This document shows positions 14,995 through 20,009 of a stretch of 20,009 nucleotides of DNA, in pieces. The stretch spans positions 1 through 20,009 of the forward strand of contig CAZJUS010000014.1 of NCBI GenBank assembly GCA_964549355.1, given 5' to 3'. Every line of letters starts with the position of its first letter. Position 1 is the first letter of the stretch. The notes beneath the pieces were generated by a model that saw only the letters and a program-made list of their open reading frames with translations, made no database searches and was not told the origin of the DNA. The translations under genes and the position numbers were made by a program. Origin of the DNA: Candidatus Undinarchaeota archaeon. Its GTDB lineage: Archaea; SpSt-1190.

Positions 14995-15196
14995 AAGCAG
15001 CAGCAAAATCTGGATGGGCATCGGACTCGCCCTCGTGCTTTTTCTTGTAGTCACCACGCCGGGCTGGAAGGACGTCCTCGGCGTAAAAGGCAGCTTCAGC
15101 CTCGGGGGCTATGCACCCGCATTAATCCTGTTGCTGATTATGGGCGGACTGCTGGGCTTCATGCTCATGGGCGGAAGCAGTGGCAAGGAAGAATAG
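14987..15196 (+). CDS. Small two-TM membrane protein
   Basis: TTG start after GGAGG, overlapping the previous gene; two hydrophobic helices; tail GGSSGKEE resembles the tails of its neighbours. Confidence 0.7.
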   Translation: MGESSSKIWMGIGLALVLFLVVTTPGWKDVLGVKGSFSLGGYAPALILLLIMGGLLGFMLMGGSSGKEE

Positions 15197-15220
15197 GGCA
15201 TTCATAGGACTGCCGTTATA

Positions 15221-15772
15221 TTATGGGACTGCCCGGGACATCTGATTGTAGGTTATGCCCAAGTCGTTGTCCACCACTGCAAGCCACAGCAGTTTTTTGA
15301 CCGAGTGGGCCACCCTGTTCATGCCCACAAGCGTGCCGGGGCGGAGGGAGTCGCCCTCGCCCAAGACCCACACCAGATATCTGGCGTGCTCCCGCGCCCC
15401 CCTTGCCCCCTTTCGGGGCGCCACCCCCTTTTCATAGACCCTGAAGTCGGCCCCGTATTTCAGGCCGGCCTTGAGCAGGTAGCCTTTCTTCCGGAGGTCT
15501 TTGTACACCAGATACTTCCTGAAAAATGATTTGTGCTTCCTCTCAAGCTTCCTGCGGAGCTCTTCAGGGGAAAGGGGCCTCCCTCTCTGGAGCACCTGGA
15601 GGTAGCCTTCCTCGACCAGGAACATTGCCTCCTCCGGGAAGAGCCACCAGACCCTGCCCGCCTTTTCGCCGAAGCCCCTTTCGACCAGCATGGATGAAAA
15701 AGTCTCCGGGCCCGCGGATATGCCGGTGGAGGTAAGCTCAGCCGATGAAAAATGTCTGAGTTTTTTCGTCAA
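15221..15772 (-). CDS. endA: tRNA-splicing endonuclease (tRNA-intron lyase), single-unit size
   Basis: EEAMFL, VYKDLRKKGY, GLKYGADFRVY, H-ARYLV and RVAHSVKK; the catalytic Tyr/His/Lys positions are present. The ~180-aa size fits an alpha4-type or catalytic subunit. Confidence 0.93.
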   Translation of the reverse strand: MTKKLRHFSSAELTSTGISAGPETFSSMLVERGFGEKAGRVWWLFPEEAMFLVEEGYLQVLQRGRPLSPEELRRKLERKHKSFFRKYLVYKDLRKKGYLLKAGLKYGADFRVYEKGVAPRKGARGAREHARYLVWVLGEGDSLRPGTLVGMNRVAHSVKKLLWLAVVDNDLGITYNQMSRAVP

Positions 15773-16157
15773 ACTTGACCACCCCTTTGTCCATGAAAGG
15801 CTTCATGCGCTTGAAGAGCGTATCGCGTACACTCTCATTTACCCCCAGCTCTTTGAGGGATGCGTTGAGGTCTATGATATTCATCCGGCCGTGGTGCTTG
15901 AGCAGTGAGATGGTCGGGTCCTCATGGGCAACCGAACCCGGCTTGAATTCCGCCGGCTTCACTGCCTTGGGCTCCGGGAGGGCGACAGGCGCCGGCCCCT
16001 CCAGCTTGGGGGCCACCTTGGGGACTGCGGACGACAGCTCCATCCTGCGGGCAATCGGGGCCTCAAGAGCCTCGACCCGCTTCCTGAGGTCTTCAACCTC
16101 CTTCCACAATTCCTCTACTTTGTGGACCCAATACTTGACATAGACATCATCAGGCAT
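15738..16157 (-). CDS. Hypothetical protein: N-terminal coiled coil, Pro/Ala linker, probable C-terminal winged helix
   Basis: VEELWKEVEDLRKRVEALE heptads; ISLLKHHGRMNIIDL...TLFKRMKPFMDKGVVKFD pattern typical of wHTH domains. TATA ATTTATAA about 24-31 nt upstream. Confidence 0.7.
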   Translation of the reverse strand: MPDDVYVKYWVHKVEELWKEVEDLRKRVEALEAPIARRMELSSAVPKVAPKLEGPAPVALPEPKAVKPAEFKPGSVAHEDPTISLLKHHGRMNIIDLNASLKELGVNESVRDTLFKRMKPFMDKGVVKFDEKTQTFFIG

Positions 16158-16188
16158 ACGCTTTTATGTAGCTCCGGCGCTTATAAAT

Positions 16189-16374
16189 ATGTTAGCAGAA
16201 GCCGTCCTGTCCGCAACATCCCTCCTGCTGTTCTGCAAAACCCGCCTGTGGAGCTTCCTGGGATTGAGCGCTGCATTCCTGCTGGCCATGGCTTGGAGGC
16301 CCTTGTATCCATTGCTGGCCCCTGCCCTGCTTGCACTGGTTTTAGAAACTCTCAAGCGACTAAAGAAGACTTAA
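16189..16374 (+). CDS. Small hydrophobic protein
   Basis: 61 aa, mostly hydrophobic with a basic end. Fills the gap; TTTTATGTA about 20-27 nt upstream. Confidence 0.5.
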   Translation: MLAEAVLSATSLLLFCKTRLWSFLGLSAAFLLAMAWRPLYPLLAPALLALVLETLKRLKKT

Positions 16375-16398
16375 ATAGTCTCAAGCGTGTGGTTGTGG

Positions 16399-16731
16399 AT
16401 GCAGTCTGAACTGGCAAAGCGATTAAGCGGTATCGAAGAGCGCACCAGGATGTTTGAATCGCGCATTGAAGAGGTCACCAACCGCTTTGAAAGCTTCCGC
16501 ATGAACTCCATCCGCAACCAGAATGAAGTGAATGAAAAAGTAAAGACCCTCATCAAGGCCTTGTCAGAAATGAAAAAAAGGACCGACGACATAAATGAAG
16601 TCCTCAGGCGGGTGGAGAGAAAACTGCTCAAGACTGCAAGCCGTTCGGAGTTGATGGAGATAGAGGCATACTTGAATATCCTCAACCCAATTGCATTAAT
16701 AAAAAAAGGTGGACTCAAACGCGGTGATTGA
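16399..16731 (+). CDS. Coiled-coil protein (DPANN-type, unknown function)
   Basis: Continuous heptad pattern ending A(S)RSELMEIEAYLNILNP. The ATG at 16399 is the preferred start. Confidence 0.75.
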   Translation: MQSELAKRLSGIEERTRMFESRIEEVTNRFESFRMNSIRNQNEVNEKVKTLIKALSEMKKRTDDINEVLRRVERKLLKTASRSELMEIEAYLNILNPIALIKKGGLKRGD

Positions 16732-17379
16732 ATGGGATTATTGGGAAAAGTATTCGGCAAGAAAAAAGTTGGGGCGGGCGACCTGCCTGCCAGGATAATT
16801 TCAATGAGGCAGAACGGCATGTCCGATCAGGACATCGCCAACCAGTTCCAAGCTGAGGGCATCCCGCCTGAAGCTTTCGAAGCTGCCATGGCCCAGGCCA
16901 ACGAGCAGATGGGAGGGCCGGGGCCGATGGGGCCTCCTCCCCCGCCAATGGAAGGCGGAGCTCCAATGCCTCCCCCGCCCATGGAAAGCGGACCCGTGCC
17001 TATGGGGGCGCCCCCTCCACCGGAAGGTGTGACTGAGATTGAAACGGAGTCTGAAGATATCGAGGCTCTGGTTGAAAAGCTGGTCAGTGAAAAAACCAAA
17101 GGCATAGAGATGCGGAGCAAGGACATGGAGGCTTCCATAGGAAAAATCCACGCAGACATCAATGAACTGAAGAACCTGACGACTGAGCTCAGGGAGAAAT
17201 ACGCCGGCCTCCAGGAAGAGAGCCTGGGCAAAGTCGAAGAATACGCCAAGGAGCTGGAGAATGTAGGTGCGCAGATAAAAGCCATGCAGAGGATTCTCAA
17301 GGACATAATACCTACTTTATCCGACAACATACTCCAGCTGCAGAAATTGGTGGACGACATCAAGGTCAAGAGGAAATGA
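16732..17379 (+). CDS. Protein with N-terminal three-helix domain, polyproline linker and C-terminal coiled coil
   Basis: MRQNGMSDQDIANQFQAEG, PPPPME repeats, and a coiled coil IEALVEKLVSEK...VGAQIKAMQRILKDIIPTLSDN. Abuts the upstream stop. Confidence 0.8.
   Translation: MGLLGKVFGKKKVGAGDLPARIISMRQNGMSDQDIANQFQAEGIPPEAFEAAMAQANEQMGGPGPMGPPPPPMEGGAPMPPPPMESGPVPMGAPPPPEGVTEIETESEDIEALVEKLVSEKTKGIEMRSKDMEASIGKIHADINELKNLTTELREKYAGLQEESLGKVEEYAKELENVGAQIKAMQRILKDIIPTLSDNILQLQKLVDDIKVKRK
16936..16992 (+). repeat. Intragenic direct repeat (33-nt period) encoding PPPPME(G/S)G twice
   Basis: cctcccccgccaatggaaggcgga at 16936 and cctcccccgcccatggaaagcgga at 16969. Confidence 0.75.
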
Positions 17380-17382
17380 CAG

Positions 17383-18084
17383 TCATCCTTTGAAAAGCAG
17401 GCCCATCGAGACCGCCACCAGGGATGCAACGACCCAGTACTTGTATTGGGCCAGCTCCGCGCCTTCAATCACCAGCTTCCCGCTCAGATTGGTGTTCGGA
17501 AAAACCCTGACATCGTACTCCCCCGGCTTGAGTTCGGGGAATCTGGCATCGCGGTTGACGGTCTTGTTGAGTATGAGCTCCCCATCCCTGTACACTTCAA
17601 CACTGCCGGGGCCCGCACCGGCAATCTGGTCCACAAAAACCGGTGTGACATTGACTGTGGTCGTCCAGTCTCCGATGGTGACCTGGGCGCTGGTGCAGAT
17701 GCCTTCAAGTGAAACAACAGTGGTGGCGTTGTAGGGCACAAAAACAGACGTCTTCATAAAAGTGTCCCCGCACAATATCTCCACGGGCAGGCTGATGTCT
17801 GCGGTGGAATTCACTCTGCAGGACACACCGCCCATGCCCCCGCACTCCACATCAAACAGATGGTAGATCTCAGTCTGGTTGTTCACAGTCAGTTCATGGT
17901 CGCCCGGTAGCAGTGGCAGTTCAAGGGTCAGCGACGAGCGGACCTTGCTTGTCCCGTTGGTGCTGAACAAAGTAATGTTGTCGAACACCACATCCAGGCT
18001 CCCTGAAAAGTCAACGGCCAAAAGGTTGCAGTTGACCAGGGTAAACGCTACCCCGAAAACTAAAGGGAGTATAAAAGGGCGCAT
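17383..18084 (-). CDS. Secreted beta-rich protein with C-terminal membrane anchor
   Basis: Signal peptide, many N-x-S/T sequons (NIT, NGT, NQT, NST, NAT, NVT, NKT, NLS), Cys pairs, C-terminal TM YWVVASLVAVSMGLLF. Confidence 0.75.
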   Translation of the reverse strand: MRPFILPLVFGVAFTLVNCNLLAVDFSGSLDVVFDNITLFSTNGTSKVRSSLTLELPLLPGDHELTVNNQTEIYHLFDVECGGMGGVSCRVNSTADISLPVEILCGDTFMKTSVFVPYNATTVVSLEGICTSAQVTIGDWTTTVNVTPVFVDQIAGAGPGSVEVYRDGELILNKTVNRDARFPELKPGEYDVRVFPNTNLSGKLVIEGAELAQYKYWVVASLVAVSMGLLFKG

Positions 18085-18194
18085 GAGATGTGGGGCCTTT
18101 GGAACTTTATAACTCTTATTATTACAAAATGACTACATACCCGGCCTGCTCCGAATTCAAAAAGGCATTTTTAGTCGGGCCGTCTGGTCAAATT

Positions 18195-18782
18195 ATGCTT
18201 CTCCTTCTCCTGGGCCTGTCAATGATTGCGGCCTATCCTTTTTCAAGAGCTCTCTACTTTTCGCCGAGGCACCCCAGCCTGCTTTTCCTTTTCGCCCACG
18301 AGTCCCTGACGCACCTGGCCCTCAACCTGTTCGCCCTGATTCTGGTGTGGCTGATTTCCAAAAGGACGGGCACCAGGCAGAGCCGGCTGCTGCTCACTTT
18401 CTTTGTGGCGTCCTTCACCTCCCTGGTGCTCTCATTCATGTTTGACCTGCCGGTGATCGGAGCCTCGGTGGGGATCTACGGCATGATGGGCTATCTCATC
18501 CCCGAGATGGTGGACAAGATTCCGCTCCATTGGTCCTACTCCGCCCTTTCACTTCTTATCCTGCTCGACGGAGGCATTGCAGCCAACGCATGGGAGAAGC
18601 TCTTCCACTTTTTCGGCCTGACCTTCGGGGTGGTGCTGAGGTATATGACAGACTCCCGCAGGCTTTCGCTCATCAGGCAGATGGGCGAAATGGGCATGGG
18701 CTTTGACGTCTACTCGGTGCTGGGGGCTGCATACCCAATAAAAACCACTGTGAGGTATGACTGGCCATCCCTCATCCGTTGA
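18195..18782 (+). CDS. Rhomboid-family intramembrane serine protease
   Basis: FAHESLTHLALNL (H...H...N), catalytic GAS(V)G, distal FHFFG. The ATG at 18195 is preferred to the ORF-track start at 18090. Confidence 0.8.
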   Translation: MLLLLLGLSMIAAYPFSRALYFSPRHPSLLFLFAHESLTHLALNLFALILVWLISKRTGTRQSRLLLTFFVASFTSLVLSFMFDLPVIGASVGIYGMMGYLIPEMVDKIPLHWSYSALSLLILLDGGIAANAWEKLFHFFGLTFGVVLRYMTDSRRLSLIRQMGEMGMGFDVYSVLGAAYPIKTTVRYDWPSLIR

Positions 18783-20009
18783 CGGTGCTGCTGCGGTACC
18801 AGTTGTCCGCAAATCTCAGGGCGGACCCAAAAACCCATCCATAAAGGGCGGCAGCCAAACCGAAAAGCCCCAAATCGCCTTCCGGGACGGAAGGGCCTTC
18901 GAAGCTGTCCCTAATTCTCCGGCCTATGCGACCGGGTTCTTTGTACTTCCTATATTTTTTACTTCGTATCTTAATGGTAAGTTTCCTAAGTGAACCGTCA
19001 CGCCGATATTTGGCTACTGAACGGATACTAAACGGACACGCCTCCGAGCCCGGATCAGGTTCGGCCTGGTGATTGACATCATCTTGGGCAACCCTTCTGG
19101 TTTGGGCTTGTGGAGTCGAGGTGTCTGGTTGAGCTTGTGGAGGGCGTTCCCGCGGACATCCTAGATAGATATCCACCAGCCGGTCGGCCTGTTCTTCGGA
19201 AAGGTCAATAGTTCCACCTGAAAATGCATCGCGGAGATAAGTCTGTAATGTTGGTCCTCCAGCTGAATAGGTTTCCTTTCGCATTTCATCCAAGAAGGAT
19301 ACTAAACCTTTCAGCTCGTCTATATGTTCATCAGGATTCTGCAAATAAGTTCGAACATCTTCAGGAGACAACCCTTCATGCGACATATAGTTTGTAAGCT
19401 GATCAAAAAGAGTTACATTTACTTGAGGAGGATGTGGTAAAGATGGGGTTTGTTGGTCGGTCTCTGTATCAGTTTCATCCAAAACGGGCCCATCAACTGT
19501 GGCTTCTTGAGTATCGCTTGCGTCCTCACGACTTTCCGGGCTTCTGTAAACCTCAACCACCTGTTCAGCTTGCTCATCAGTCAGATCAGCTATTTTCAGG
19601 CCTGACAAAGCTTTCTGAAGATAAAGTGGCAATTGATTTTCGGCGTATCCCTCTTGTTTTTTTAATATATCCTCGAATACACCCATGAATTTTTTGAGGT
19701 CTGATTTGCAGTTTTTGGGTTCAATTATCCTTAATCGGACATCTTCAATATCGTGCCCCATTAGGCCCATCGCCTCATTAAAAGCATCCTCCTGAGCCCT
19801 ATAAGTGGCCTCCTGGCGTTCTTCATCAACCGCATCGGAACTGCTGTCAGTCGGTGTTTCAGCATCGTCGCTGACAGGTGCATCATTTTTTTCAGCACCC
19901 TCGGAAAATACGGACTCATCAGCATCTTTACTTTCTTCCTCTTCATGCTCTTTTGAAGCCCCTTTCGTTTCATAAATTTCAGCATCTGGAATTTCTTTCT
20001 GGGCGGAAG
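18772..20009 (-). CDS. Large acidic protein, 3' part, with two copies of an ~80-aa helical domain (start outside the window)
   Basis: The frame of ORF 18772..19770 stays open to the right edge (SAQKEIPDAEIYE...EDAFNEAM). Acidic linkers, an internal repeat, and a basic then hydrophobic C-terminus. Confidence 0.75.
   Translation of the reverse strand, partial: SAQKEIPDAEIYETKGASKEHEEEESKDADESVFSEGAEKNDAPVSDDAETPTDSSSDAVDEERQEATYRAQEDAFNEAMGLMGHDIEDVRLRIIEPKNCKSDLKKFMGVFEDILKKQEGYAENQLPLYLQKALSGLKIADLTDEQAEQVVEVYRSPESREDASDTQEATVDGPVLDETDTETDQQTPSLPHPPQVNVTLFDQLTNYMSHEGLSPEDVRTYLQNPDEHIDELKGLVSFLDEMRKETYSAGGPTLQTYLRDAFSGGTIDLSEEQADRLVDIYLGCPRERPPQAQPDTSTPQAQTRRVAQDDVNHQAEPDPGSEACPFSIRSVAKYRRDGSLRKLTIKIRSKKYRKYKEPGRIGRRIRDSFEGPSVPEGDLGLFGLAAALYGWVFGSALRFADNWYRSSTVNG

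Noticed and set aside
16827..17468. 213-aa Gly/Ser-rich minus-strand ORF
   Set aside because: It is the antisense mirror of the Pro-rich coiled-coil gene.
1..20009. CRISPR array, IS/transposase, integrase, rRNA, tRNA
   Set aside because: No regularly spaced repeats, terminal inverted repeats, catalytic motifs or tRNA/rRNA signatures were seen by eye. A tRNAscan/Infernal run would be needed to exclude them formally.

Overview
Gene-dense archaeal window, most likely from a DPANN-type genome. The evidence is EndA, PdaD, Dph6, AlaX-M, TATA boxes about 20-30 nt upstream of apparently leaderless starts, and membrane and coiled-coil protein types I associate with DPANN; the taxon is an inference. 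Left to right: (1) the 5' part of a divergent phosphoglycerate kinase that the ORF track misses; (2) a minus-strand operon with a 1031-aa membrane-anchored beta-propeller/FG-GAP protein and an ABC-2 exporter; (3) alaX; (4) a minus-strand operon encoding an AsnB-like amidotransferase fused to diphthine-ammonia ligase (Dph6), pyruvoyl arginine decarboxylase and agmatinase; (5) a secreted Cys-rich protein and tatD; (6) two membrane proteins with Pro-rich, basic tails; (7) a ~255-nt intergenic segment with several nested helices, probably an unidentified structured RNA, directly ahead of five membrane-protein genes that include two paralog pairs; (8) endA, a winged-helix-like protein, a coiled-coil gene pair, a secreted anchored protein and a rhomboid protease; (9) the 3' part of a large acidic protein with an internal ~80-aa repeat. 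I saw no rRNA, canonical tRNA, CRISPR array or transposase. All family calls come from motif recognition by eye, not database searches.
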